Below, one piece after another: positions 41,688-51,914 of a stretch of DNA of 64,000 nucleotides. How positions within the stretch are numbered: position 1 is the stretch's first letter; each line of letters begins with the position of its first letter. Source of the stretch: Synechococcus sp. (GTDB lineage: Bacteria; Cyanobacteriota; Cyanobacteriia; PCC-6307; Cyanobiaceae); contig JBJBDL010000003.1 in NCBI GenBank assembly GCA_047285305.1, positions 416,001 to 480,000 on the forward strand, in the 5' to 3' direction. The translations under genes and the position numbers were made by a program. The notes beneath the pieces are model-generated. The model did no database searches. It was not told where the DNA came from and saw only the letters and a program-made list of their open reading frames with translations.

Positions 41688-41935
41688 CAGTTCTGAAGAT
41701 CAGGGATCAGCGTGAGTTGGCGGACTGGTGATTCTTCGCTAACGAAACCCCAGGCTTCAAAAACGGTGGGATCGGGATGCGTGATGCGCTGCTCCGTTCC
41801 ATGGCGCTCCACTTGGAACCCTTCGCTCGACATGCGTCGCATCAAACTGGCCGACTCCTCAAAGCGGGCAGCCATCGCTTCGAGGCTTGAGCAGTCAGCT
41901 GTGAGACCGGATTCACGCCAGGTGAAGTAGGTCAT
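41687..41935 (-). CDS. Hypothetical protein, 82 aa
   Basis: ATG 41935 (MTYFTWRESGLTADC...), coding-like composition, coupled to the downstream ORF. Confidence 0.75.
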   Translation of the reverse strand: MTYFTWRESGLTADCSSLEAMAARFEESASLMRRMSSEGFQVERHGTEQRITHPDPTVFEAWGFVSEESPVRQLTLIPDLQN

Positions 41936-42241
41936 CCTGCCTTGCCACCCCAAAACGCGATTTTAAGGGATATGAGCGGCGCGAAGCGTTCGTTCTGGAT
42001 ATCAAAAATCCTTTGACTACCGGCTATGTCGTTCAGGCCTCCCTTCAAAAAGGAACTGTGTTGTGGTCACTCAAAAAGCTTGAAAATGCCGGTCATTTTT
42101 TTGTGTTACGGCCTTTTTTAAGAAGGCATTGACTTTCTGCGCTACGAAACCAAGTTCAATTCCGTTGTCGATCTGAAGCAACTGCATCCTTCAGCTCACT
42201 TCAAAATGATTGTCCTCAGGATTGGATCAAAAGATCGACTC

Positions 42242-43342
42242 TCAGGGACGCAGCACCAGTCCCAGAAGCACAAGCCCTGCTGTGATCAGCCAGAACGCGG
42301 GCACCACGCTTCGTTCATCGGTGCCTCCCATCTCAAAATGGTGATGTAGCGGCGCCATGCGGAACACGCGTCGCCCCTGACCATCAGGGCCTTTCGTGGC
42401 CTTGAACACCCAAACCTGGATGATCACGGAGAGGGATTCCGCCAGGAAGACGCCTCCCATCACCAGCAGGGGCCAGAGGCTGTTGGACAACAGGGCCACA
42501 CCGCTGAGGGCGGCCCCCATCGCCAGGGATCCCGTATCGCCCATGAAGACCCGAGCCGGGTTTCGGTTGTGCACCAGAAACCCAAGCCATGCTCCTGCCA
42601 TGGTCATGCAGAAGCCAGCCAAAGCGGGATCTCCGTTGTCTCCTCGCAGCATCAGTTGAAGTGCCAGACCGGTAAACACCAGTGCTCCGCAGCCGCTGGC
42701 CAAGCCATCCAGGCCATCGGTGAGGTTGGTGGCGTTGCTCTCCGCCAGTACGACAAACAGCCCCAGCGGCCAGATCAGAAGTCCTAAGGGCAGTTCAAGG
42801 CCAAAGGGCAGGGCAATGCTGTCGCTGATCCAGCCCTGCCAGGCAGCGATTGCCAGAAATGCTGCAGCTGCCATGGCTTGCAGCAGCAATTTTCCTCGTG
42901 CCGTCAGGCCAGCATTGGTGTGTTTGGTGAGGCTGCTCCAGTCATCGATGCCGCCGATCAACATGAACGCCAGGGTCAGGGCTGCCAGGCTGAGCAGTTG
43001 TTGTGACGCTACGGCGTCCCGTGTGATCAGGCTCCCGAGAATGACCCCGACGGGAACCACCAGAAGGCCCCCCATCGTTGGGGTTCCCGCCTTGCTCTGA
43101 TGGGCTTTGGGGCCTTCCTCACGGATGAACTGCCCCATCTTCAAGCGACGCAGAAGGGGAATGCCTAAGGCTGAAGTCGCTGTTGCGCAGACCGCTGAGA
43201 TCAAGAGCGGCAGGCTCAGTTGCGCATTGGTGATCCACTTGTCGGCTGCAAAACTGGTCATCAAGACCACCAGCATGAGCAAGCTGGCACTCAATGAGCC
43301 GTTCTCCCACCAAGGACGGTGGTTCGAATCCGTGGATTGCAA
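42242..43342 (-). CDS. mraY: Phospho-N-acetylmuramoyl-pentapeptide transferase
   Basis: [38 protein letters not shown]. Confidence 0.97.
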   Translation of the reverse strand: MQSTDSNHRPWWENGSLSASLLMLVVLMTSFAADKWITNAQLSLPLLISAVCATATSALGIPLLRRLKMGQFIREEGPKAHQSKAGTPTMGGLLVVPVGVILGSLITRDAVASQQLLSLAALTLAFMLIGGIDDWSSLTKHTNAGLTARGKLLLQAMAAAAFLAIAAWQGWISDSIALPFGLELPLGLLIWPLGLFVVLAESNATNLTDGLDGLASGCGALVFTGLALQLMLRGDNGDPALAGFCMTMAGAWLGFLVHNRNPARVFMGDTGSLAMGAALSGVALLSNSLWPLLVMGGVFLAESLSVIIQVWVFKATKGPDGQGRRVFRMAPLHHHFEMGGTDERSVVPAFWLITAGLVLLGLVLRP

Positions 43343-43413
43343 AGCGGCACTGGACTGATCGCTGGGACCCTAGGTGAGTCGCTCAGTGGCGACCAGTCAG
43401 TGGGTGGGGGACG

Positions 43414-43683
43414 TCAGTCCTCCCACTGCTCCTCGTTTTGCTCGTCGTCCTTGTTGTAATCCTCTTTCTCACCCATGAGCGCGGAGAGTTCCTCCTCTTC
43501 GACGGTGCTCACTTCAGGTGAACCGGATTCTTCGTCAGCAACGAGACGGCCGCTGGTTTCCAGCCAGGACAGGAGGTCAGGCTCCTCACGCAGGGGTAGC
43601 ACAGGTGCAGGGTCGCGGCGCCCGTAGCGGGTGAGGGACGGGTTGACGCTGTCCAGGGCGTTTAAATCAACCAGAGCGCTCAT
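43414..43683 (-). CDS. DUF3134 family acidic protein
   Basis: NPSLTRYGR..PAPVLP..LLSWLETSGRL; ATG 43683. Confidence 0.8.
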   Translation of the reverse strand: MSALVDLNALDSVNPSLTRYGRRDPAPVLPLREEPDLLSWLETSGRLVADEESGSPEVSTVEEEELSALMGEKEDYNKDDEQNEEQWED

Positions 43684-43742
43684 GCAGGGAGGGACGCGGG
43701 CCAATCAACCAAGATAGACCATGTGCCGTTTTTGATCCGCCA

Positions 43743-43976
43743 CTGAACAAATCTGCGCTGCTCGTTCTTCTGTGGGGTCTGGCCCTGATTATCAGCTCTG
43801 GTCTGCATTGGTGGGGTTTGCAGCGTCCTGAACCGTTGCAGACCTCCTGGACTCTGGCGCTGCTGTTGGTCTTTTTTCCGGCTGCCGCGTTGGCTGCATG
43901 GTTGCTAGTGGCTTCTCCACAGGTGGCGGCCCGCGAGACGAGAGAATCAGACGATTGTGATCAGGAGACCCATTGA
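43743..43976 (+). CDS. Small two-TM membrane protein (CTG start, or frameshifted from ATG 43721), not in the ORF track
   Basis: [25 protein letters not shown]...[21 protein letters not shown]...ETH*; its stop overlaps the argG ATG (TGATG). Confidence 0.6.
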   Translation: MNKSALLVLLWGLALIISSGLHWWGLQRPEPLQTSWTLALLLVFFPAAALAAWLLVASPQVAARETRESDDCDQETH

Positions 43977-45187
43977 TGGGCCGCGCCAAGAAGGTGGTAC
44001 TCGCCTATTCCGGGGGGGTGGATACCAGTGTCTGTATTCCATACCTCAAGCAGGAATGGGGCATTGAGGATGTGATCACATTTGCCGCTGATCTCGGCCA
44101 GGGCGATGAGCTGGAGCCGATTCGTCAGAAAGCGCTGGATGCCGGTGCCAGTCAGTCGCTGGTGGGAGATCTGATCGAGCCCTTCATCAAGGATTTCGCT
44201 TTCCCGGCGATTCGTGCCAACGCCCTCTACGAAGGCCGTTACCCCCTCTCCACGGCCCTGGCGAGGCCTCTGATCGCGAAGCGCCTGGTAGAGGTGGCCC
44301 GGGAAGTGGGTGCCGATGCTGTGGCCCATGGCTGCACAGGCAAGGGCAATGATCAGGTGCGTTTCGATGTGGCCATCGCTGCATTGGCACCGGATCTCAA
44401 GGTGCTTACTCCAGCCCGTGAGTGGGGCATGAGCCGTGAGGAGACCATCGCCTACGGCGAACGCTTTGGTCTGCCCGCACCGGTAAGCAAGAAGTCGCCT
44501 TACTCGATCGATCTCAATCTGCTGGGCCGCAGCATTGAGGCTGGACCCCTTGAAGACCCGATGGTCGCTCCGCCGGAGGAGGTGTATGCGATGACGCGAT
44601 CGGTGGAGGCTGCTCCGGATGCCGCGGAAGAGATCGAGATTGCTTTTGAAGCAGGCAATCCGGTGGCGATCAACGGTCAGCAGCTGGACCCGGTGGCCTT
44701 GATCCGTGAAGCCAACCGTCTGGCGGGCACACATGGCATTGGCCGTCTCGACATGATCGAGAACCGCGTGGTGGGCATTAAATCCCGGGAGATCTACGAA
44801 ACGCCTGGCCTTTTGCTGTTGATCCAGGCCCACCAGGAACTTGAGAGCTTGACTCTGGCCGCCGATGTGCTGCGCAGCAAGCGGCAGTTGGAAATGCAGT
44901 GGGCTGATCTCGTCTACCAGGGCCTTTGGTTTGGCCCTCTCAAGGATGCTCTGGACGGCTTCATGGACCGCACCCAGACCACCGTCAATGGTGTCGTTCG
45001 TCTCCGGCTGCACAAAGGAACGGCCACGGTCACCGGCCGCGGCTCAGCAGACAGCAGCCTTTACGTCCCCGAAATGGCGTCCTACGGAAGTGAGGATCAG
45101 TTCGATCACCGCGCGGCAGAGGGCTTCATTTACGTCTGGGGTCTGCCAACCCGACTCTGGTCAGCATCCCAGCGCCGTTCAAGCTGA
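43976..45187 (+). CDS. argG: Argininosuccinate synthase
   Basis: [30 protein letters not shown]. Confidence 0.98.
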   Translation: MGRAKKVVLAYSGGVDTSVCIPYLKQEWGIEDVITFAADLGQGDELEPIRQKALDAGASQSLVGDLIEPFIKDFAFPAIRANALYEGRYPLSTALARPLIAKRLVEVAREVGADAVAHGCTGKGNDQVRFDVAIAALAPDLKVLTPAREWGMSREETIAYGERFGLPAPVSKKSPYSIDLNLLGRSIEAGPLEDPMVAPPEEVYAMTRSVEAAPDAAEEIEIAFEAGNPVAINGQQLDPVALIREANRLAGTHGIGRLDMIENRVVGIKSREIYETPGLLLLIQAHQELESLTLAADVLRSKRQLEMQWADLVYQGLWFGPLKDALDGFMDRTQTTVNGVVRLRLHKGTATVTGRGSADSSLYVPEMASYGSEDQFDHRAAEGFIYVWGLPTRLWSASQRRSS

Positions 45188-45550
45188 CCGCTGCCGCCTC
45201 TGCAGGAATTTGGGAAGCCTCAGAACCGGACAAAGTTGTGCGTTTTCCGGTTCTGAGCTTCTAGGTAGCGCCGGCTGAGGCCGTTCGATCTGGTCTTGAT
45301 CAACTTGTTCAGCCAGCAGTTGATAAAGCTCCATCAACGGCTCAAGCCGCTATCGGGAGCGGCGTTAAAAAGCCTCCGGTGGTTCGGCCAAAAGATCGTT
45401 TTAGGCCTCGATCTCGACCTTGAGCTCTGAAAGTCTCTCTTTCAGCAACCGAATCACTTCAGCGTCGCCATGACGCTCGTTCCAAACAGGTTCGTTTGGC
45501 TGAGGGCGGTCTTGTTTCGAATCAATGGGCGGACGGTATCGCCCACCCAC
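45179..45550 (-). pseudogene. Decayed gene for a ~123 aa coiled-coil hypothetical protein
   Basis: One frame from GTG 45550 to TGA 45179 reads as a continuous helical protein through stops at 45401-45403, 45365-45367 and 45350-45352. Confidence 0.65.
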
Positions 45551-45567
45551 GAATCCAGCAATGCTGA

Positions 45568-45942
45568 TCAGTCAGCTGATGCAGCGGCTTCGGCCTGTTG
45601 CTGTTGAGCAGCTTCACTGCCTGGCATCACCCGAGGTGCGGGAAGAGGACCTTCCTGCTTCACGGTCAGGTAGCGGATCACGTCCTCACTCAGGCGCATT
45701 GCCTTCTCGAGAACAGCAACGTGCTGGCCATCGCCGTTGTGGCTCAGTTGCACGTAAATGCCCTCCTTGTGCTTCGCAATCGGATAAGCCAGACGGCGCT
45801 TGCCACGCATCTGGTTGTCCAGCACGTCGGCACCAGCTTCCACGAGCATGTCGCGGTACTTGGTGAGATGGCTTTCAACTTCCTCCTCCGGAATGTCCGG
45901 ACGAAGGATGTACATGGTTTCGTAATACGGATCGTGCGTCAT
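45568..45942 (-). CDS. rpsF: 30S ribosomal protein S6
   Basis: [27 protein letters not shown]. Confidence 0.97.
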   Translation of the reverse strand: MTHDPYYETMYILRPDIPEEEVESHLTKYRDMLVEAGADVLDNQMRGKRRLAYPIAKHKEGIYVQLSHNGDGQHVAVLEKAMRLSEDVIRYLTVKQEGPLPAPRVMPGSEAAQQQQAEAAASAD

Positions 45943-46022
45943 GGGCAGCACCGAAGGGGCATCAGGCTCACCGGAGTGAGCGACGGATTCATCACCTTAT
46001 CTCCTGGCGTGACCCTCCACTT

Positions 46023-46499
46023 TTAATAGAGCTGCATGCGTACGGCCTGGCTGATGCCGGGCAGATCCGGTTCTCGCCCGCGCCAGCACTCCACCAGGGC
46101 GAACAGAAGGATCGCCAGCACCGCCACCACGACTGTGCTGGACAGGGTGCCCAGCAGCAGGCTGCCGCCAGCGATCGGTTGGAGCAGGATGCCGAATGCG
46201 AAGCTCAGCACAACGATCACGATGTCGGTGAGCAGGGCCTGCAGAGTGTTGAAGCGCAGAAAGTAGGGAACGGCCGGATTCCGCACCACCGCCAGAAACA
46301 GCACGAAGAACAGCAGCAGGCCACCGAAGGGAACCCCCCGATCCAATTGGATCAGCGGTACGGCAGGAACGATCAGCAGTCTCAGCAACGGGATCTGGTT
46401 GAACACGCCGTCAGCCCCGAGGCCAAAGGGAATGGCATCACTCCAGGGGAGCAGGTACACCAGCGGTGCAAGCAGCCGCTGCCAGAGGGGAATCTGCAC
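46023..46499 (-). CDS. Tic20/Ycf60 family membrane protein
   Basis: YLLPWSD, VVRNP..FLRFNTLQALL, P.ISQAV; GTG 46499 chosen. Confidence 0.88.
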   Translation of the reverse strand: MQIPLWQRLLAPLVYLLPWSDAIPFGLGADGVFNQIPLLRLLIVPAVPLIQLDRGVPFGGLLLFFVLFLAVVRNPAVPYFLRFNTLQALLTDIVIVVLSFAFGILLQPIAGGSLLLGTLSSTVVVAVLAILLFALVECWRGREPDLPGISQAVRMQLY

Positions 46500-46524
46500 G
46501 GTGGAGCTAGGGATTGTTGGGACC

Positions 46525-47394
46525 TTAGGTCGCAAGAGCAGTCGCGGCGGCGATGCGCATCGCCGCGATAGGAATGTCGTCGCGTCCACTCCAAAGCCGT
46601 AGCGAGGCAGAGCCTTGCTGCACCAGCATCTCGAGACCATCGATGCAGTGGTGGCCCCGTTGTTGCCCAGCGGCGAGCCAGCTGGTGGGCCTTGGTGTGT
46701 AGATCAGGTCGTACAACACCGCTTCTCCGTTCAGGTTTGTCCAGAGCTCGGCCCCCAGTGGCATCGCCTCGGGGTCACCGTGCTGTGCCATGCCCACCGG
46801 GGTGGTATTCACCACGAGAGCCGCTTGAGCCACGCTCTCGTTGAGCTGAACAGCGTTGTCGAGACAGGCCGTCAGGGGGGCGTGGCTCTGCTGCAGATCA
46901 GTGATGAAGGCTTGCAGTGCCTCGTTTCGCCGCCCCACAACGGTGATGCTGCTGAGGTTCAGGGTCTGCAGACCGGCGACCACGGCTCGAGCTGATCCGC
47001 CGCAGCCAATCACCACGGCATGGCGTCCTGCCCAGGTGTCGTTGGCACCGAGGGGTGCCAGAAAGCCCTCCACGTCGGTGTTGGTGCCGAACCAGCCACC
47101 GCCCGCTCCCGGAATCAGAGTGTTGACGGCACTGAGCCGTTTCGCCAGCGGGCTCAGCTCTTCGCAGAGCTCGGCGATGGCTTGTTTGTGGGGGATGGTG
47201 ACGTTGAGGCCTTGGCAGCCAACGGCCCTGAGACCGTTCAACACCTGATGAAGGCTTTCGCTTGTGCAGGGCAGGGCCAGGTAGCGCCAGTTGAGTCCCA
47301 TGCTTTCGAGGGCGGCGTTCTGCATCACCGGCGAAAGCGAGTGTCGCACTGGATTGCCAAGTAGGCCCACAAGGCTGGTGCCGCCGTTGATCAT
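46525..47394 (-). CDS. aroE: Shikimate dehydrogenase
   Basis: HSLSP, NVTIPHK, AVNT, NTD, GCGGSAR, DGLEML. Confidence 0.96.
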   Translation of the reverse strand: MINGGTSLVGLLGNPVRHSLSPVMQNAALESMGLNWRYLALPCTSESLHQVLNGLRAVGCQGLNVTIPHKQAIAELCEELSPLAKRLSAVNTLIPGAGGGWFGTNTDVEGFLAPLGANDTWAGRHAVVIGCGGSARAVVAGLQTLNLSSITVVGRRNEALQAFITDLQQSHAPLTACLDNAVQLNESVAQAALVVNTTPVGMAQHGDPEAMPLGAELWTNLNGEAVLYDLIYTPRPTSWLAAGQQRGHHCIDGLEMLVQQGSASLRLWSGRDDIPIAAMRIAAATALAT

Positions 47395-47510
47395 TGTCAG
47401 GGCCGGATCGCTTCACCAGCCTGCCTGTTCGGGAACCACACCTCGCCTGTCACCGGGTCTGCTGTGGAGGATGAGCCCATTCAAATCATCATTTCTGGAG
47501 GTGGGCACCG

Positions 47511-49424
47511 ATGGGCAAGGTTGTCGGCATTGACCTTGGCACCACGAACAGCTGTGTTTCCGTGATGGAGGGCGGCAAGCCCACCGTTATCGCGAACGCC
47601 GAGGGCTTCCGCACTACGCCCTCCGTGGTTGCCTACACCAAGAACCAGGATCAGCTGGTGGGTCAGATCGCCAAACGTCAGGCGGTGATGAACCCAGACA
47701 ACACCTTCTATTCCGTCAAGCGTTTCATCGGCCGTCGCGTTGATGAGGTGAATGAGGAGTCGAAAGAGGTGAGCTACGGCGTTGAGAAGGCCGGCTCCAA
47801 CGTGAAGGTGAAGTGCCCGGTTCTCGACAAGCAATTCGCGCCTGAAGAGGTTTCCGCCCAGGTTCTGCGCAAGCTGGCCGAGGACGCCGGTAAGTACCTC
47901 GGTGAAACCGTCAGCCAAGCGGTGATCACAGTTCCCGCCTATTTCAACGACTCCCAGCGCCAGGCCACCAAGGACGCCGGCAAGATCGCTGGCCTTGAAG
48001 TGCTGCGCATCATCAACGAGCCCACCGCTGCGGCTCTTGCCTACGGCCTCGACAAGAAGAGCAACGAGCGCATCCTGGTCTTCGACTTGGGCGGCGGTAC
48101 TTTTGATGTCTCCGTCCTCGAGGTTGGCGACGGCGTGTTTGAGGTGTTGTCCACCGCTGGTGACACGCACCTCGGCGGTGACGACTTCGACAAAGTGATC
48201 GTTGATCACCTGGCCGAGACTTTCAAATCCAACGAAGGCATCGATCTGCGTCAGGACAAGCAGGCCCTGCAGCGCCTGACCGAAGCCGCTGAAAAAGCCA
48301 AGGTTGAGCTGTCCAACGCCACCCAGAGCGAGATCAACCTGCCGTTCATCACGGCGACGCCTGAGGGTCCCAAGCACCTAGATCTCACCCTCACCCGCGC
48401 CAAGTTCGAGGAACTGGCCTCCAAGCTGATCGACCGCTGCGCCATGCCTGTGGAGCAGGCTCTGAAGGACGCCAAGCTGTCCTCCGGTGAGTTGGACGAA
48501 ATCGTGATGGTGGGTGGTTCCACCCGCATCCCTGCCGTGCTCGAACTGGTCAAGCGGATCACCGGCAAAGACCCCAACCAGACGGTGAACCCCGATGAGG
48601 TGGTGGCTGTCGGTGCTGCCATTCAGGGCGGTGTGCTGGCCGGCGAGGTGAAAGACATCCTTCTGCTTGACGTCACGCCCCTCTCTCTGGGTGTGGAGAC
48701 CCTCGGCGGTGTGATGACCAAGATGATCACCCGCAACACGACGGTTCCCACCAAGAAGACTGAGACCTACTCCACGGCTGTGGATGGTCAGACCAACGTG
48801 GAAATCCATGTGCTCCAGGGTGAGCGTGAGATGGCATCTGACAACAAGTCGCTTGGAACCTTCCGTCTTGATGGCATCCCCCCGGCTCCCCGGGGCGTGC
48901 CTCAGATCGAAGTGACCTTCGATATCGACGCCAACGGCATCCTCAGCGTGACCGCCAAGGACAAGGGCAGCGGCAAGGAGCAGTCCATTTCGATCACCGG
49001 TGCATCGACCCTCTCGGATTCCGAGGTCGACAAGATGGTCAAGGACGCCGAGGCCAACGCCAGCGCTGACAAAGAGAAGCGCGAAAAAATCGACCTCAAG
49101 AACCAGGCCGAAACCCTCGTCTACCAGGCTGAAAAGCAGATGGGCGAACTGGGCGACAAGGTTGATGCCGATGCCAAGGCGAAGCTGGAGGAGAAGCGCC
49201 TCAAGCTCAAGGAAGCCACCGAGAAGGATGACTACGACGCGATGAAGACCCTGCTGGAGGAACTGCAGCAGGAGCTCTACACCGTGGGTGCTTCCGTCTA
49301 TCAGCAGGAAGGGGCTGCACCTGGTGCTGGTGCGCCTGGTGCTGACGCCGGTGCCGGTGCCAACGCCGGTGGTGGCGATGCCAGTGACGACGTCATCGAC
49401 GCGGAGTTCACCGAGACCAAGTGA
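47511..49424 (+). CDS. dnaK: Chaperone DnaK (DnaK2-type)
   Basis: [24 protein letters not shown]-terminus; Shine-Dalgarno GGAGGT at 47497-47502. Confidence 0.98.
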   Translation: MGKVVGIDLGTTNSCVSVMEGGKPTVIANAEGFRTTPSVVAYTKNQDQLVGQIAKRQAVMNPDNTFYSVKRFIGRRVDEVNEESKEVSYGVEKAGSNVKVKCPVLDKQFAPEEVSAQVLRKLAEDAGKYLGETVSQAVITVPAYFNDSQRQATKDAGKIAGLEVLRIINEPTAAALAYGLDKKSNERILVFDLGGGTFDVSVLEVGDGVFEVLSTAGDTHLGGDDFDKVIVDHLAETFKSNEGIDLRQDKQALQRLTEAAEKAKVELSNATQSEINLPFITATPEGPKHLDLTLTRAKFEELASKLIDRCAMPVEQALKDAKLSSGELDEIVMVGGSTRIPAVLELVKRITGKDPNQTVNPDEVVAVGAAIQGGVLAGEVKDILLLDVTPLSLGVETLGGVMTKMITRNTTVPTKKTETYSTAVDGQTNVEIHVLQGEREMASDNKSLGTFRLDGIPPAPRGVPQIEVTFDIDANGILSVTAKDKGSGKEQSISITGASTLSDSEVDKMVKDAEANASADKEKREKIDLKNQAETLVYQAEKQMGELGDKVDADAKAKLEEKRLKLKEATEKDDYDAMKTLLEELQQELYTVGASVYQQEGAAPGAGAPGADAGAGANAGGGDASDDVIDAEFTETK

Positions 49425-49444
49425 TCGGGTGATTCCCCACCGCA

Positions 49445-50539
49445 CTAGGGCCCTGCGGGGCCTCTTTTTTTTGCCTGCTCAACGGCAGCGGCGACCCACT
49501 CGGCGGTGCCAGGTGTGAGCAGAACGCCGTTGCGATAGTGACCACTGGCGAGGATCAACCCGGGTTCCAGCTCCTCCAGTAGAGGGGCCGGGCGATCCAC
49601 GGGCCGGGCTCGCAAGCCACTCCAATGGTCAACCACCGTGGCTGAGCGCAGCCACTCCGGTGCCCGCTCATTCAGGTTGCGCATCAGGGTCAGAGGATCC
49701 TCCGAGGCGCGATCGCCCGGTTCCACGGTGGCCCCAAGCAGCAACCGCCCGGGTGCGGTGGGAATCAGGTTGAAGCCCTGATCCACCAGCACTGCGGGCC
49801 ATTCGCGCCACGATGCTGGACCCGTGGTCAGCTGGAGTGACAGGGCTTGCCCCAACACCGGTGTCATCGGGCGGGCATGGCCCAGGGGTTCCAGCAAGTC
49901 CTCCGCGCTCAGTGCAGTGGAGAGCACCACAACGTCGTGAACGGAGCTGTCTCCATTTGCTCGATGCAAACGCCAGTGTTTGTGATCGCGCTCCAATCTG
50001 ATCACTTGCGTGGCGTTTAGCTCCACGCTTTGTTTTGCCAGCGCCTGTCGCAGGGCCAGTTGCAGCAGCATTGGATCCACGCGACCGTCGTGGCGCGAGT
50101 GCAGGCCACCGTGGTTGGCCGTCGGCCAGACCTCTGCTAGGTCGGCGTTGGCGACCATTTGCAGGCCTAGGTCAACGCGCTGAGCGGCCAGCGACTCCAT
50201 TCGCTCAGCCGCTCGTTCGTCCTCGGCGATTTGCAGCAGGCCCGGATGGAGTTTGAGGTCAGGCTGGTGAGCTTGCAGAGTTTTGATCCATTGCGGCCAG
50301 AGCTCCATGCTCCTGAGGCGCAGTCTCCAGCCCCGGCCGCTGCTGCGCCGAAACACATGGCCCATCAGCACCCCGAGGGATGCCGATGTTCCATTCAAAT
50401 CGTTTGCTGATCCCTCGCGATCAACCGACTGGTTCAGGCGAGGGTCGGAAACAGAAACATTGTGCCCTTGCTGGGCGAGATGCCAGGCGGTGCCGAGGCC
50501 GATGGCCCCAGCACCAATCACTCCAACTGAGTGAGTCAG
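49445..50539 (-). CDS. FAD-dependent oxidoreductase, DAO/glycine oxidase family
   Basis: VIGAGAIG, GLRARP, GHYRNGVLL; start is CTG 50539 or GTG 50521. Confidence 0.88.
   Translation of the reverse strand: MTHSVGVIGAGAIGLGTAWHLAQQGHNVSVSDPRLNQSVDREGSANDLNGTSASLGVLMGHVFRRSSGRGWRLRLRSMELWPQWIKTLQAHQPDLKLHPGLLQIAEDERAAERMESLAAQRVDLGLQMVANADLAEVWPTANHGGLHSRHDGRVDPMLLQLALRQALAKQSVELNATQVIRLERDHKHWRLHRANGDSSVHDVVVLSTALSAEDLLEPLGHARPMTPVLGQALSLQLTTGPASWREWPAVLVDQGFNLIPTAPGRLLLGATVEPGDRASEDPLTLMRNLNERAPEWLRSATVVDHWSGLRARPVDRPAPLLEELEPGLILASGHYRNGVLLTPGTAEWVAAAVEQAKKRGPAGP
49447..49472 (+). terminator. Intrinsic terminator of dnaK
   Basis: GGGCCC-TGCG-GGGCCT stem followed by T8. Confidence 0.8.
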
Positions 50540-50985
50540 TTGAAGGCCTCAGAGGGGATGAGATCGCTGTAGGCATCAAATCCTGCAGCCACGGCGCTGT
50601 AGGACTTCTGAAGTCGGCTGAAGTCCTGCAGACGCGCTGCTTCATCGAGGTCAGCGAGAGCTTCTTTCAAGGAGCGGGCCACCTTGGTGGCTTCCTTGCG
50701 TTCGCTCTTGTCGAGGCGCTGATTGATGTAGAGCATTTCCCGACTCACTTCCTGCATGGGGCCATGTAAGAGGTTGCGGGTGAACACCCAATCCTTCTCA
50801 CTCACCAGGCGGGCCAGGTCAGGCAGTCGGGATTTTGCGTCTTCAAAGGCTGCGGCTTGGCGGCGGATCACGCCCAGGTCGTCAGGATTGATGCCGCCGG
50901 CATTGGCAGCAGCCGGGGCTATCAGACCCAGACTCAAAGCGACGCAGAGGCAGAACGCAGCAAGGCGGCTCAGAGCCTTCAGCAT
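50536..50985 (-). CDS. psbQ: Photosystem II extrinsic protein PsbQ (CyanoQ)
   Basis: Signal peptide; DWVFTRNLLHGPM, LDEAA, helical bundle. Confidence 0.85.
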   Translation of the reverse strand: MLKALSRLAAFCLCVALSLGLIAPAAANAGGINPDDLGVIRRQAAAFEDAKSRLPDLARLVSEKDWVFTRNLLHGPMQEVSREMLYINQRLDKSERKEATKVARSLKEALADLDEAARLQDFSRLQKSYSAVAAGFDAYSDLIPSEAFN

Positions 50986-51059
50986 GGTGATCGAAAATGT
51001 CCCTGCGACTTTAACCAGCTCCTCTTGCGCGGGAGAATTTTGTTTTTCAAAGCGTTGTT

Positions 51060-51914
51060 GTGAGTGACGCCACGGTCATCCTGCAGATGATCTGCTCCGA
51101 TCGGCCCGGCCTGGTCAGCGAATTGGCGGGTTGGGTGGCGGCCAATGGCGGCAGCATTCGTCATGCCGATCACCACACGGATGCGGGAGCTGGGTTGTTT
51201 CTCAGCCGGATTGAGTGGCAGCTCCATGGATTTGGCATTCCCCGGGATGTGCTTCCTGAAGCGGCTCAGGCTCTGGGACAGCGGCTTGGTGGTGAAGCGC
51301 AGCTCCACTTCTCAGACGTCCATCCCCGTGTGGCGATTTTTGCCAGCAAGCAGAGCCACTGCTTGCAGGACTTGCTCTGGCGGGTTCAAAGCCGGGAGCT
51401 GCCCATGCAGGTTCCCTTGGTCATTGCCAACCATCCGGATCTGGAACCCCTATGTGCGTCGTTTGAGGTTCCTTTTGTTTGTGTCCCGGTCAGTCGGGAC
51501 ACCAAGGCTGAAGCGGAGCAGCGGATCCTGCAGCTGCTTGAAGAGAACAAGATTGAACTTGCGGTGCTGGCCAAATACATGCAAGTGCTGAGCAGTGATT
51601 TCCTCAAGCGTTTTCCCGAGGTGATCAACATTCACCACTCGTTTCTGCCTGCGTTCAAGGGCGCTCAGCCTTATCACCGGGCCTGGGACCGTGGAGTCAA
51701 GCTCATCGGTGCTACAGCCCATTACGTCACCGAAGATCTGGATGATGGCCCGATCATTGAGCAAACCACTGTTCCCGTAAGCCACCGGGACGAGGTTGAG
51801 GATTTGATCCGCAAAGGCCGAGACACGGAACGTCTTGCCTTGGCGCGGGCCCTTCGCCTTCATCTGCGCCGTCAGGTGATGGTCTACCGCGGCCGTACGG
51901 CGGTGTTCGCATGA
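51060..51914 (+). CDS. purU: Formyltetrahydrofolate deformylase
   Basis: ACT domain, LAKYMQ, INIHHSFLPAF, GATAHYVT, DDGPIIEQ. Confidence 0.96.
   Translation: MSDATVILQMICSDRPGLVSELAGWVAANGGSIRHADHHTDAGAGLFLSRIEWQLHGFGIPRDVLPEAAQALGQRLGGEAQLHFSDVHPRVAIFASKQSHCLQDLLWRVQSRELPMQVPLVIANHPDLEPLCASFEVPFVCVPVSRDTKAEAEQRILQLLEENKIELAVLAKYMQVLSSDFLKRFPEVINIHHSFLPAFKGAQPYHRAWDRGVKLIGATAHYVTEDLDDGPIIEQTTVPVSHRDEVEDLIRKGRDTERLALARALRLHLRRQVMVYRGRTAVFA

Noticed and set aside
47481..49445. Two long ORFs (298 and 355 aa) antisense to dnaK
   Set aside because: The familiar antisense open frame of hsp70 genes, in register with dnaK codons; no independent evidence of a gene.
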